From: Candidatus Poriferisocius sp.
GTDB lineage: Bacteria; Actinomycetota; Acidimicrobiia; Acidimicrobiales; Bin134
NCBI RefSeq assembly: GCF_965214065.1
Contig: NZ_CBDCAT010000024.1
Location: forward strand, 5,345 to 69,344
Direction: 5' to 3'
DNA: 64,000 nt
Within the stretch, counting starts at the first letter, position 1, and every line of letters starts with the position of its first letter. Shown piece by piece: positions 45,299 to 55,200 of the stretch. The notes below the pieces were generated by a model. That model worked only from the letters and a program-made list of their open reading frames with translations, was not told the origin of the DNA and made no database searches. The translations under genes were made by a program, and so were the position numbers.

Positions 45299-46366
45299 TT
45301 AGTCGTGTTCGTAGAGGCGGTCGGTGGCGGCGAGCCAGGCGGGGTTTTGGGGCCATTGGTCGGCGGCGGCGTTGAGGATTTCTGCGGCGGCGAGGCGTAG
45401 TTCTTTTCGGGGGGTGGGGTCGGCGATGAGCTGGTCGAGCCATTCGTCGGTGACGGTGGGCAGGGGTGGTCCGATGGTGGCGGCGATGGCTTCGGCGGTT
45501 TGTTCGTCGTTTTGGTCTACGGCGTCGACGAGCAGGGCGATGTCGGTTTTGACTTGTGGGGCGAGGGCCCAGTCGGCGGGGCTCTCGCGGATGACCCAGC
45601 CGTCTTTTTCGGCTCGTCTCATGAGGCTGCGGACGTTCTCTGGGGTGGAGCGGAGGATGCCGGCTACCTCGTCGGTTTTGGCCCGGTTGGCGCCGGCGGC
45701 GACGAGCACGGCGAGCAGCGACTCGCGGGCTTTGCGCATGGGCTTGTTGGAGCAGTACAGGTTGAACGCTTTTCCGCAGCGGGCTTTGATACCGTCGGCT
45801 CGGGCGAGCAGCTCTTCGCGGGTTGCAGGGGGTTGGGCGGGGGTTTCGGCGCGGTGTTCGGGCTGTGGGGATCCGCCGGTGTGGTCTGCGGCGGGCCGGG
45901 TCGGCGCGGGGGGCTCTGAAGGGTCGGGGTCGGGGTCGGGTTGGGCGTCGGGGTCGGGTTGGAGGGGCGTGAAGTAGGGGGGTGGGATGGGCTGGTTGCG
46001 GGGGCGGGGCAGGTCCCACACGGGGGAGGACAGGTGCAGTCCGCCGCTGTGGGGCCTCCAGGGCCTTCGCCGGACGATCCAGGACAGGGCAGGTGCGGCG
46101 ATCAGCGCCCAGATGGCGGCGGCGGTGGTGGCCGCGCATCTGGCGGCTTGTTCGCCGAGGTCGTTTTGGGCGATCTGGTGGTAGGCGGCGGTCCATGTTT
46201 CGGGGTCGGTTTCGAGCAGCCCGGTTTTGGCGGTCCAGGCGGTGTAGGCGCAGAATCCGGCCAGCGAGACGACTGAGCGGGCCCATTTGCGTATTTCGCG
46301 GCGGCCGGTGGGGGTGGCTTTGCGCCGGGTGTAGTAGACGGCTCTGGTGGCCTCGATGCCGGTCAT
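45299..46366 (-). CDS. Membrane protein with P-rich linker and C-terminal wHTH-like domain (last gene of transfer operon)
   Basis: 355 aa. Two TM segments, a PDPD/P-rich linker, and a C-terminal region (DEVAGILRSTPENVRSLMRRAEKDGWV) resembling a winged HTH. Confidence 0.6.
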   Translation of the reverse strand: MTGIEATRAVYYTRRKATPTGRREIRKWARSVVSLAGFCAYTAWTAKTGLLETDPETWTAAYHQIAQNDLGEQAARCAATTAAAIWALIAAPALSWIVRRRPWRPHSGGLHLSSPVWDLPRPRNQPIPPPYFTPLQPDPDAQPDPDPDPSEPPAPTRPAADHTGGSPQPEHRAETPAQPPATREELLARADGIKARCGKAFNLYCSNKPMRKARESLLAVLVAAGANRAKTDEVAGILRSTPENVRSLMRRAEKDGWVIRESPADWALAPQVKTDIALLVDAVDQNDEQTAEAIAATIGPPLPTVTDEWLDQLIADPTPRKELRLAAAEILNAAADQWPQNPAWLAATDRLYEHD

Positions 46367-46373
46367 TTCTGTT

Positions 46374-46736
46374 TCACGTCGGGCAGGCGGGCAGGTTGGC
46401 GGTTGCGCCTTCGTTGAGGACTTCGGCTATGCGTGCTGTGCCGGTCTTGTGGGCGATCCACAGCCGGGGTTTGACGGGGATGGACACGTCGATGACGAGG
46501 GCGTTGCCGGCGAGGCAGCCTTGGATGGCGGTGCCGGGGGCGTCGTCGTCTGCGGTGGTGAGCACTGCGTTGTCGCAGGTGCCGGTGGCGCAGCTCGCGG
46601 TGTAGGCGTCGGCGGTCTGCTCGGCTCGGATGGCGGCGAGGTTGCGGGCCGATATGAGCTCGGCCTGGTCGCCGATGGCCGTCGCGGTGAATCCGCACGC
46701 CCAGATCAATGACAGGTACACGATGGCGGTGTACAC
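46374..46736 (-). CDS. Small secreted/lipoprotein-like protein
   Basis: GTG 46736 gives VYTAIVYLSLIWACGF as a signal with Cys. The upstream part of ORF 46374..46964 is off-frame over the preceding gene. Confidence 0.45.
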   Translation of the reverse strand: MYTAIVYLSLIWACGFTATAIGDQAELISARNLAAIRAEQTADAYTASCATGTCDNAVLTTADDDAPGTAIQGCLAGNALVIDVSIPVKPRLWIAHKTGTARIAEVLNEGATANLPACPT

Positions 46737-46744
46737 GGCGGGTC

Positions 46745-47137
46745 CTAGCGGATGCGGCGCACCGACATCGCGGTGACGGTGTCGTCGGCCAGCACCGCGC
46801 TGGTGTGGATGGGGCAGACAACCAGCACCGCGACCGATGAGGGCGGGGCGGGCGGTTCGGGCTGGGCGTGGAGGCCGATGTCGAACCGGGGGTCTGATTG
46901 CACGCAGTCGCCCCAGACCGAGAGGCGCCCGTTGGCTTCGACGGCTTGGGCGGTCTGGGCCCACAGGGCCGCGTTTAGGGGGTCGGCGGCGATCTGGTCG
47001 GCGGCGTGGTCGGCTGCCAGCACAGCGTAGTTGGAGGCGCGGTAGCTGGCCGTCCCGCGGTCGCCGGCGGCGTCGGCGAAGACCATGGCCAGCAAAAGGC
47101 CGGGCAGGATCAAAAGCAGCGTCACCGCGTCGCTCAT
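46745..47137 (-). CDS. TadE/pseudopilin-like protein
   Basis: 130 aa. N-terminal hydrophobic helix AVTLLLILPGLLLAMVF followed by an Ala-rich segment. Sits in the Tad cluster. Confidence 0.55.
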   Translation of the reverse strand: MSDAVTLLLILPGLLLAMVFADAAGDRGTASYRASNYAVLAADHAADQIAADPLNAALWAQTAQAVEANGRLSVWGDCVQSDPRFDIGLHAQPEPPAPPSSVAVLVVCPIHTSAVLADDTVTAMSVRRIR

Positions 47138-47147
47138 CGCCTTTCCC

Positions 47148-47555
47148 TCAGCATCTGCCCGCTGCGGCGAGCGGGCCGCTCGCGCTGGGGGCCGAGCAGG
47201 CGACGGCGGTGTGCTCCAGGGCGGGCCAGCGGGCCGACAGGCCGCCGACGGTGACGGTGGCCGCGATGTTGCAGTCCGCCGCGGTCACGGTGACGGCCTT
47301 GGGCTTGACGCCGCCTTGGCCGAGGCGGGCTGCGACCGCCCGGTGCGCCTGGTTTTGGCCCGCGCCCAAAAGGGCGGGGTGGTCGGGGTCGCAGCCCCAG
47401 TCGCTGGGCACTTGTGCGGCGGCGGCAGCAGCGGCGGACTGGGCGGCGGCGTCCGCGGCGAGGCGGGTGGTGTGGCTGGCGTATTGCCACACCACCAGCA
47501 AAAAGGCGATGAGGAACAGCACTGATGTGCGCAGCACGATGATCGGCGTCTCCAT
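47148..47555 (-). CDS. TadE/TadG-like pseudopilin
   Basis: 135 aa. N-terminal helix SVLFLIAFLLVVW then AADAAAQSAAAAAAA, typical of TadE-like proteins. Confidence 0.55.
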   Translation of the reverse strand: METPIIVLRTSVLFLIAFLLVVWQYASHTTRLAADAAAQSAAAAAAAQVPSDWGCDPDHPALLGAGQNQAHRAVAARLGQGGVKPKAVTVTAADCNIAATVTVGGLSARWPALEHTAVACSAPSASGPLAAAGRC

Positions 47556-47564
47556 CGCCTCTGC

Positions 47565-47813
47565 CTATCGGCCCGCGGGGGTGCAAGCCCCGGCGCTGAG
47601 CCCTTGCAGTCCCGCCGGCGGCGTCCACTGCCCGCCGGCGGCGCCGCAGAGGCCGGCGGTGGAGATGAGCGCCCACTGGGGGTCGGCCAGCTCTCCTGTC
47701 CTGCCGGCGCGCTCGGCCCCGACCCGGGCCACGCTGAACGCGGCCATCGACACCAAAGCGGCGACCGCGACCATCACGGCCAAAAACCGGATCTCGATGA
47801 TGGCCTCAACCAC
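47565..47813 (-). CDS. TadE-like pseudopilin
   Basis: 82 aa with N-terminal EAIIEIRFLAVMVAVAALVSMAAF. Confidence 0.5.
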   Translation of the reverse strand: MVEAIIEIRFLAVMVAVAALVSMAAFSVARVGAERAGRTGELADPQWALISTAGLCGAAGGQWTPPAGLQGLSAGACTPAGR

Positions 47814-47858
47814 GGGGGGTCACCGCCTCGGGGGCGCCGGGGGCCGCGGGGGGCCGTC

Positions 47859-48074
47859 CTATTCCGCGCACGTGCTGTCTCCGGAGTTCCAGGTGCCGCC
47901 GACGGCTTCGCACAGGGTCTGGTTGGTGATGGTGTCGTAGTCGTAGATGACGTCGGTCTGCTCGTTGACTGTACCGGCCCGGTCGGTGACCTGGTTGTAG
48001 ACGACGATGCTCACGATGGCCGCCACTGCGATGCCGACCACGATGAGGATCATTTGGACTATGGCGCTTTGCAT
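47859..48074 (-). CDS. Small hydrophobic pilin-like protein (Flp position)
   Basis: ATG 48074 with AAGGAAA RBS. 71 aa with N-terminal helix MILIVVGIAVAAIVSIVVY. It occupies the flp slot after tadC but has no canonical G/XXXXEY motif. Confidence 0.45.
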   Translation of the reverse strand: MQSAIVQMILIVVGIAVAAIVSIVVYNQVTDRAGTVNEQTDVIYDYDTITNQTLCEAVGGTWNSGDSTCAE

Positions 48075-48127
48075 GGTTTTTTCCTTTCGGGTTTCTTGTT
48101 TGTCTTGTTCGGGGCTCATTTCTGGGG

Positions 48128-48838
48128 TCAGAGGCTCGACATGACGGCCAGCATCACGACGAGGCCGGTGACCACTGAGGTGAGCGTGGCGGTGATCCCG
48201 ACGGATCGGGCGATGCCGTCGACGGCTTGGCGGCGGTCGGCCTCGAAGGCGCGCACTGTGCGGGCCAGGGTGCGGTCCAACAGGCCGGTGGACGCGGCCC
48301 CGGAGCGCTCCGCGGAGATCACGGCCCGCAGCAGCGGCTCGGCCGGGGACCCGGAGATGGTGTCGACGACGACGGCGAGGGGGTCTGTGCCCGCAGCGAG
48401 CGCGGCGCTGATGCGGCCCTGGGCGGGGGTGAATCCCCGCCCGGTGATCGACATCGACGCGTCGACGGCCGCGGCGTTGATGGGGAGGCCGGTGGCGGAC
48501 AGGAGCCGCATGCGGCGGAACCACTCGAGCAGGTTCATGTCGCGCTCTAGGCCATAGGAGTTCAAGACCGCGGCGCGCAGCACGCCGGGCGCGAGCCAGG
48601 GAAGCCACATGGCCGCCAGCGCCGCCGCGGCGACCCCCGCGGCGGCGCCGGCGAAGATCGACGCCACCGCCCCGCACAGCGCCGCTCCGCCCGCCGAGCC
48701 CGCCCAGCCGGCCGCGGCCACCCGCCGCGGCGGCCATCCCATCGCGGCCGCGTCCACCGCCGCGGCCGGGCCGCGGGGGCTGGTCAACAACAGCAGCGCC
48801 GCGCACACCGTTCCGGACAGGGCGACGAGCGCGCTCAC
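48128..48838 (-). CDS. TadC-like platform protein (T2SS F-domain)
   Basis: GTG 48838 overlaps the upstream stop (GTGA). N-terminal TMs, a soluble T2SSF-like helical domain and a C-terminal TM (ITATLTSVVTGLVVMLAVM). Confidence 0.7.
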   Translation of the reverse strand: MSALVALSGTVCAALLLLTSPRGPAAAVDAAAMGWPPRRVAAAGWAGSAGGAALCGAVASIFAGAAAGVAAAALAAMWLPWLAPGVLRAAVLNSYGLERDMNLLEWFRRMRLLSATGLPINAAAVDASMSITGRGFTPAQGRISAALAAGTDPLAVVVDTISGSPAEPLLRAVISAERSGAASTGLLDRTLARTVRAFEADRRQAVDGIARSVGITATLTSVVTGLVVMLAVMSSL

Positions 48839-49647
48839 CTGAGCTCCCTTTGCGCCCGGCCCAGCACCCACACGTGCAGCAGCCCCAGCAGGGCCGCGGC
48901 TGCCAGCAGGATCGTCTGGCCGTCGCCGGAGACCAGCCAGGCCCCGGCGGTGTCGGCCAGCGTTCCGGTGATCGCCACCACGCCGACTGCCATGGCGAGC
49001 GTCGAGACGATCTGGCCCATCATCTGCCCTACGTGGCGGTGGAAGTGCCGGGCGGTCTCCGCGGCCTCTGCCGCCTCGGTGTCGAGGATGTGGACGAGCT
49101 GCGCCCACTGGATGCCCCCGGAGTGGGCCTCTACCAGGACGTTGGCGCACATCGCGGCCAGCGGCCGTCCCACGGTGGCGGCGAAGCGGTCGGCGGCCAC
49201 GGGAAGGCTGCCGATCCACACTTCCTCGGCCATCGTCCTAGCCGCCTGCCCCACCCGGCCCGGCACCAGCGGCGCCGCGTCCTTGATGGCCTCCACCACG
49301 GTCGGGGCGACGGCGGCCTGGTTGGCCAGCCCGCTGGTGAACTGGGCTATCTGCGTGGCCTCGGCCACTCTCAGCGCGGAGCGTGCCCTGATCGCCAGCG
49401 ACCATCCCCCCAGCGCGGCGATGATGGCCGCGGCGAGGCCGATGCCCGCCCCCCAGACTGCGGTGCCCGCGCCGAAGGCGGCTGCGGGCGCCGCGGCCCG
49501 GGCCAGGCTGCCCGGCGACACCCGTTCGGCCACAGCCGCGGCGCCGCGTCTCGCGAAGCGGCGGGGGACGCGGGGCCGCACGGGCCACAGCAGCACCGCG
49601 GCGAGCGCGACCCCGCCGGCGGCGACGGTGACAGCGGCAGCGCCCAT
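48835..49647 (-). CDS. TadB-like platform protein (T2SS F-domain)
   Basis: ATG 49647 overlaps the ATPase stop (TGATG). 270 aa with a TM - T2SSF-like domain - TM layout. Confidence 0.7.
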   Translation of the reverse strand: MGAAAVTVAAGGVALAAVLLWPVRPRVPRRFARRGAAAVAERVSPGSLARAAAPAAAFGAGTAVWGAGIGLAAAIIAALGGWSLAIRARSALRVAEATQIAQFTSGLANQAAVAPTVVEAIKDAAPLVPGRVGQAARTMAEEVWIGSLPVAADRFAATVGRPLAAMCANVLVEAHSGGIQWAQLVHILDTEAAEAAETARHFHRHVGQMMGQIVSTLAMAVGVVAITGTLADTAGAWLVSGDGQTILLAAAALLGLLHVWVLGRAQRELR

Positions 49648-51209
49648 CAGCCGGCCCCGGCGCCGGTCTCGGCGGCCACGCCGGCTGAGCGGTACACGTC
49701 GGCGACGAGGCCGACCGGCTCGTTGACGGGCTGCGCCCACCGCTGGCCGGGCCGAAGCGCCCAAAGCGGCAGGGTGGACACCGTGTCGCTGCGCTCGTCG
49801 TAGCCGGTCAGCTGGGACACGTCGGCTATCACCCGCTCGCCCTCGTCGTTTCGGCCCATCCATACCAGCAGGTGGACGGCCATGGCGATCTGCTGGCGGG
49901 CGTAGCGCGGGTCGGCGCCCTCCATGCAGGCGTAGGCGGTCAGCTTGGACATCACGCCGGGGCCCGGCCGCGAGTGGAGGGTGACGAGGCAGCCGTCTAG
50001 ACCGGAGGTCATGGCGTCGAGCACGTCGAGGGTTCCCTCGCCCCGGGTCTCGCCGATCACGAGCTTGGTGGAGTTGGCCCGCTTGGCGTCGCGGATGTGG
50101 TCGCCCATGCTCACCTTTCCCACCCCGTCGGCGTTCTCGTCGCGGGTGAGACGCTCGTAGGTGTTGGCGTGGATGCCGTATTGGGACAGGCGCAGCTCCG
50201 GGGTGTCCTCGATGGTGTCGATCCGCTCGTTCGCGTCGACGTGCGACAGCAGCGCCTGAACCAGGGTGGTCTTGCCGCCGCCCATCGCCGCGGCGACGAC
50301 CGCGTTGGCCCGCACCGCCCCCGACACCGACTCCACGAGGACCGCCTGGAGCTGCGGGTCGGACACGCCGAGCGATTCGAGGCTGGCCATGCCGGCCATG
50401 TTCGAGCGCAGGACCATGGTGGGCGGCTGGCACATGAACGCCTCGGCGTGCAGCCTCCACCGCTCGCCGACCCTGATGTCGAGCCGGTAGTCGAGCTTGT
50501 CGAACCGCTGGGGCATCCCCCCGGAGAAGCTGGCCAGGTGCCGGGTGGTCTCTATGAGCTCGTCGTCGGAGGTGAACGGCGAGTGCCGCCTCTCGAACCG
50601 GCCGCTGGTCCTTTGCACCAGCATGAACTCGCCGCCGCGTATCTGGTACTCCTCCACGCCGGTGTCGGCCAACAAGTCCTCGATGCGGGACATCGCGGCG
50701 TGCGCGGCCGACAGCCTGTGCGTCTCCTTGTCGAGCTGGTCCAGCCGCCTCGGCCGCGACGCGGCCGAGCTGTGGGACCGGCCGAGCCTATTGAGCGTCT
50801 TCAGCGGCTTGGGGCCCGACACCGGCGACACCCAGACCACCTTGATGCCTCCGCTGGCCGCCTCCTTGGCGTCGGGCTCGGCGTCGGCCAAAGCCACCAC
50901 CGTCACCGGGATCGCCCACCGGCCCACCGCGTCGAGCCGCAGCCTCGACCGCACGCCCGCCCCGGCGGTGGTCGACACCCACACGACCGCAGCCGCAGAC
51001 GCCGCCGCGGCCTCCAGGCGCACGGCGGGCTCGTCGGTGCGCAGCGACAGCACCACCGGGCGCCCCGAGCGGGCAGCCTCGTCGGTCTCCACCGCGTTCG
51101 CCGCGATCACCGCGGTCGGCGCTGTGGAGGTCACCCCCTCGAACAGAGCCGCCGTCACCCACTCCGCGACCTCGTCGTCGATCTTGTGGTCCCGAACCAA
51201 CAACAGCAT
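49647..51209 (-). CDS. CpaF/TadA-family secretion ATPase (VirB11/GspE superfamily)
   Basis: 520 aa. Walker A AAMGGGKTTL, Asp box, Walker B KLVIGETRG, His box GCLVTLHS. About 170-aa N-terminal extension. Confidence 0.85.
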   Translation of the reverse strand: MLLLVRDHKIDDEVAEWVTAALFEGVTSTAPTAVIAANAVETDEAARSGRPVVLSLRTDEPAVRLEAAAASAAAVVWVSTTAGAGVRSRLRLDAVGRWAIPVTVVALADAEPDAKEAASGGIKVVWVSPVSGPKPLKTLNRLGRSHSSAASRPRRLDQLDKETHRLSAAHAAMSRIEDLLADTGVEEYQIRGGEFMLVQRTSGRFERRHSPFTSDDELIETTRHLASFSGGMPQRFDKLDYRLDIRVGERWRLHAEAFMCQPPTMVLRSNMAGMASLESLGVSDPQLQAVLVESVSGAVRANAVVAAAMGGGKTTLVQALLSHVDANERIDTIEDTPELRLSQYGIHANTYERLTRDENADGVGKVSMGDHIRDAKRANSTKLVIGETRGEGTLDVLDAMTSGLDGCLVTLHSRPGPGVMSKLTAYACMEGADPRYARQQIAMAVHLLVWMGRNDEGERVIADVSQLTGYDERSDTVSTLPLWALRPGQRWAQPVNEPVGLVADVYRSAGVAAETGAGAG

Positions 51210-51904
51210 CAGCCCGCCCCCTCAGTCGCCTCGGAATCGCTCTGGGGCCCGGCGCTCCCCCCCTCGGCGCCTGCCTCACCGGTATTAGAACCTGCTTCGG
51301 GGTCAGCCTCATCGGGGTCTGCTTCGGGGTCTGCTGCCTCGGCGGGGCACCGGTCTTCCCAGCCCGCCGCGGGGGAGGCCCACACGGTCCACGGCTCGCC
51401 CTCGACCAGCGCGGCGAACAGGGCGGGGCCGGCCTCGACGGCTACCTGGCCGGTCTCGACGTCGACCAGCTCCAGCTCCAGGGCGGCGCAGCCGGCGGGC
51501 TCGAACGCGAACACGGCCAGCTCCCCCGCTGCGGGACCGCCGTGCCACCGCCCGGTGTCCGCGGCCACCCAGACCGTGGACGCGGTGTCGTCGGCGATCC
51601 CGGCACCCGGCGGGCGCAGCATCTCGGCGGTGACGATCGTCCCGGCGGGCAAGTCGAAGGCGGCGATCCTTTCGACGCCCAACTCGGCGGGGGCCGCGGC
51701 GAAAGCCGCCGCCTCGGCGGGAACCTCGACGGGCACCCACCCGCCGGCTTCCCGACCGGCCTGCCATTCCTCGGTCGTGACGGGCACCGGCGCGCGCTGC
51801 ACGCCGCCCCCGCCGCCGGTTGCAACCAGCACGACCACGACCGCAACCAGCACACCTGCGGCCCCGGCGAGCCGCAGCTTGAACGGGAGAGGCCAGTCGT
51901 TCAT
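51209..51904 (-). CDS. CpaB/RcpC-like (SAF-domain) pilus assembly protein
   Basis: Start set at ATG 51904 (MNDWPLPFKLRLAGAAGVLVAVVVVLV gives a TM). SAF-like IAAFDLPAGTIVTAEMLRPPG and an acidic tail. Its stop overlaps the ATPase start. Confidence 0.55.
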   Translation of the reverse strand: MNDWPLPFKLRLAGAAGVLVAVVVVLVATGGGGGVQRAPVPVTTEEWQAGREAGGWVPVEVPAEAAAFAAAPAELGVERIAAFDLPAGTIVTAEMLRPPGAGIADDTASTVWVAADTGRWHGGPAAGELAVFAFEPAGCAALELELVDVETGQVAVEAGPALFAALVEGEPWTVWASPAAGWEDRCPAEAADPEADPDEADPEAGSNTGEAGAEGGSAGPQSDSEATEGAG

Positions 51905-52005
51905 CGGACAGCTCCAGCGGGTGTCGGCCACGTGGTCACAGAAGGCACCTTCCTCGTCTCGCACTGGGTTCAAAGGCCCGTCGGGGCGACAGGCCTGCCC
52001 GCCTC

Positions 52006-52176
52006 TTGCAAGCGAGCGGAGAGAACATATTGCAAGCGGGCGGAAGAATGCAAAATCGTCGACCGCACCGGGCGGAAACCACCTTTCCGGTATCTAGGCA
52101 GGTCATTGGCTTTTCTTTCTCGCACATCGCTCGAATATGTCAAGCGAGCGAACCTTTTGTGATGTTCCGCTCGCTT
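52006..52176. promoter_or_regulatory. Four copies of AAGCGAGCGGA-type motif in the intergenic region upstream of the Tad module
   Basis: TTGCAAGCGAGCGGA (52006-52020), TTGCAAGCGGGCGGA (52030-52044), GTCAAGCGAGCGAA (52139-52152) and an inverted TTCCGCTCGCTT (52165-52176). The last two form a hairpin of about 12 bp. Confidence 0.45.
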
Positions 52177-52208
52177 CCAGGGCCGCGGAGTTGGGGTGCC
52201 CGGGCGGC

Positions 52209-55200
52209 TCATAGCCCGATGCCCGCACCGCCCGTGGAGACCCCGCGGCCGCGGCTGGTGGCCGACAGGCCCTCGGCGGCGGCGGAGCCGTCTGCGCTGA
52301 GGCCGTTGTCGCCGGGGCTGTCTGCGCTGAGGCCGTTGTCGCCGGGGCTGTCTGCGCTGAGGCCGTTGTCGCTGGGGCTGTCTGCGCTGAGGCCGTTGTC
52401 GCCGAGTTGGGGCGGGGGTGCGGGCCGGTGGGCGAACTCCCCGAGGTTGACGAGGGTGCTGGCCGACTTGCGCTTCTCGGGCTGGTCGAGGAGGGCTTTG
52501 TAGAAGCCCTCGTCCTTGTCGCGCTCGATGGGGTTGGCGTAGAGGTCGGCCTCGACTCTTTTGAGCTCGGTCTTCTTGTCCCTCAGCTCTTGGGCGTGGG
52601 GCCAGTCCTGGTGGATTTGCTTCTCGGCTATGGGGATGGACTGGGTGATGCGGTCGATGTCGGCGGCTGTGCCGGCGGCTGTGTCGGGGACCTTGTTGAC
52701 GGTGTTGGCGACGCGGGTGGCGGGCCGCAGCCGGCCCGCCGCGATGTCGCGGCCCTCTATGGTGAAGCCGATGCCTGCCTCTGGCGGGCCGATGCGCACC
52801 TCGACGGCCCGCATGTCGTCGTCGACGACGTGGCGGGCGGCCACTTCGAGGCCGGCGACCTCGGCGACGCGGGTGTCGGCGTCCTCCCGTCGGTGGTAGA
52901 CGGCTTCGAGCTCGCAGCGGAGCTGCTCGTCGGGCGAGTCGCCGCTGCCGGCGGGCAGGCTGCGGCCCGGGGTGACCCGGACCGACCCGGCTGTCTGCGC
53001 GGGAACGGCGAGGGGTTTGAGGGCTTCGAGCTTGGCTCGCTTCGCCGGCAGGGACTGGTGCCAGAACTTGAGCCGGGTGGAGGTGCGCCACCGCTCGATG
53101 TCGTGGGCCTCTTGGAGCAGCTCGAGCTCGCGTATGTCGTGGGTCAGCTCGGCGCGCCGGACCACCCTGGGGTCGCCGGAGGACACGGCCATGGCCGCGG
53201 CGAAGTCGTCGGTGCCCATCGCCTCGCCGCTGTCCTCGTATTCCATGGTGCGCCCGTGGTGGCGCCCCGACAGGAACTGGGCTATGAACTGCGCCTTGGA
53301 GTCCAGCGTCGAGTACATGAAGGTGTCGAAGCTGCTCTCTTGGCAGTACCTGATGACCTGAACCTCGTCGAACTGGTTGCCCGACCGCACGATGCGCCCC
53401 TCGCGCTGCTCCATGCTCGCCGGCGTCCACGCCGGGTCGAGGTGGTGCAAAGCGGCGAGCCGGGTCTGGATGTTCACGCCGGTGCCCGCCTTGGCGGTCG
53501 AGGCGACCAGCACGGACACGTCGCCCTGGCGGCACCGGCGGAACAGGGCGTCTTTGGCGGCGGGGCTGTCGTGGTCGTGGACGAACTCGATCTCGGCGCG
53601 CGGCACCCCGCGGGCCTCCAGCTCGGCGCCCAGCGCGTCGTACACGGTGAACGCCTTGTGCTCGCCGGGCGTGCCGAGATCGCAGAACACGATCTGGCAC
53701 GCGCCCGGCGCCCGGTGCTCGGTGCCGGTGGCGGGGTCCAGGAACCGCCGCCGCGCGTGGGCGTCTCTGATTCGGGCGACGCGCTCGGCGCAGGCTTGGA
53801 CCTTGGAGGGGCTGGGCTGGTCGACGCCGACGAGGCGCAGGTCGAGGGTGGCTTTGCGCCCGTCGTTGCAGATGCTGAGCATGTTGTCCCACTGGGGGTT
53901 CTCGCCCAGGTTCTCGGAGCGCCGCTGGAGCCACTCCTGGTACGCCACCATCCGCGGAGAGCCGGGCACCAGCACCGTCTCGGGTGCGCTGCCGGCGATC
54001 GCGGGCCGGTCGAGGTCCAGGTCGCCGGCGGTCTTGATGTCGCAGCACAGCGACAGGAGCCCGGCCAGCTCGGGTAGGTTCTTGTAGGCCCGCAGCCGGC
54101 TCTTGACCTTCCAGTCTGCGCCCCGCGGCGACGGCTCGGCGCGCAGGACGGACTCCGCGAACGCGGCGGCCCAGGAGTCGAACGACCACAGCCGGCGCTG
54201 GCGCAGCAGCCCGGGCTGCAAAAAGCGCTGCATCACGTATATCTCCCAGGGCGCGTTGGTGACCGGCGTGCCCGTCGCGAACGTCAGCGCGCCCCGGTTG
54301 ACGCCGAGCTCGCGGTTGCGGGCCCGCAGCGCGAACGCCTTGACCTCCATGGCCTGCGCCCAGATCGACGGGCTGGACTGCGCTAAGTCGCGGTTCTGGC
54401 TGACCAGCGGCAAATTCTTGAAGCAGTGCGCCTCGTCGATCATGACGTAGTCCACGCCGAGCTCCTCGAATGCGACGCCTTGTTGGTGCCACAGCGCCAT
54501 CTGGCGGTGGGCGAGGTCCCTGTTCTCCTGGCGCCGGTTCTCCAGCACCTGCTCGATGACCTTCTGGCGGGCCTTGGCCGCGCCAGCGGCGGCTTCGCCG
54601 TCGCGCTCGCCACGCAACTGGGCCTCGAGGTCTTCGATGCGCTGCGCGTTGAACGCGGCGACGGCGCTGGGCGATGCGGGCAACCGGTTGAAGAACGACA
54701 GGGGGATGACGATGGCGTCCCAGTCGCCGTTCATGGCCCTGGCGATGAACTCCTTGCGCCGGCGCTGGCCGGTCGGGGTGGCCCCGCCGTCGGGCATGAG
54801 GATCGACGCGTTCGGGTACAGGGTCTGCATATCCCGGCAGAACTGGGCGACGAGGTGGTTGGGGACGGCGATCAGCGGCTTGGCGCAGATCCCCAGCCGG
54901 CGCATCTCCATCGCCGCGGTGGCCATGACCGCGGTCTTGCCCGCCCCCACGGTGTGGGCCAACAAGACGTCGCCCTCGTGCAGAATGCGGCACACCGCGG
55001 AGGCCTGGTGGTCGCGGAGGGTGAACGAGTCGATCAGCCCGGCGGGGTGGCCGAGCCACTCCGGCGGGTACTGGGGGGCTATGAAGCAGTTGTAGGTGTC
55101 GTTGTACAATGCGGCGAGGCGGTCGCAGCGCTCGGGGTCGGTGTCGAACGCCCACCGGCGCAGCTCGGCGTTCCACTTGTCGATTTTGGCGCGGGCCGCG

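Noticed and set aside
52281-52400. Regularly spaced 30-bp repeats considered as a possible CRISPR array. The same applies to the 63-bp repeats at 15852-15990.
   Set aside because: The units are head-to-tail with no unique spacers and are in frame within long protein-coding genes. They are coding tandem repeats, not CRISPR.
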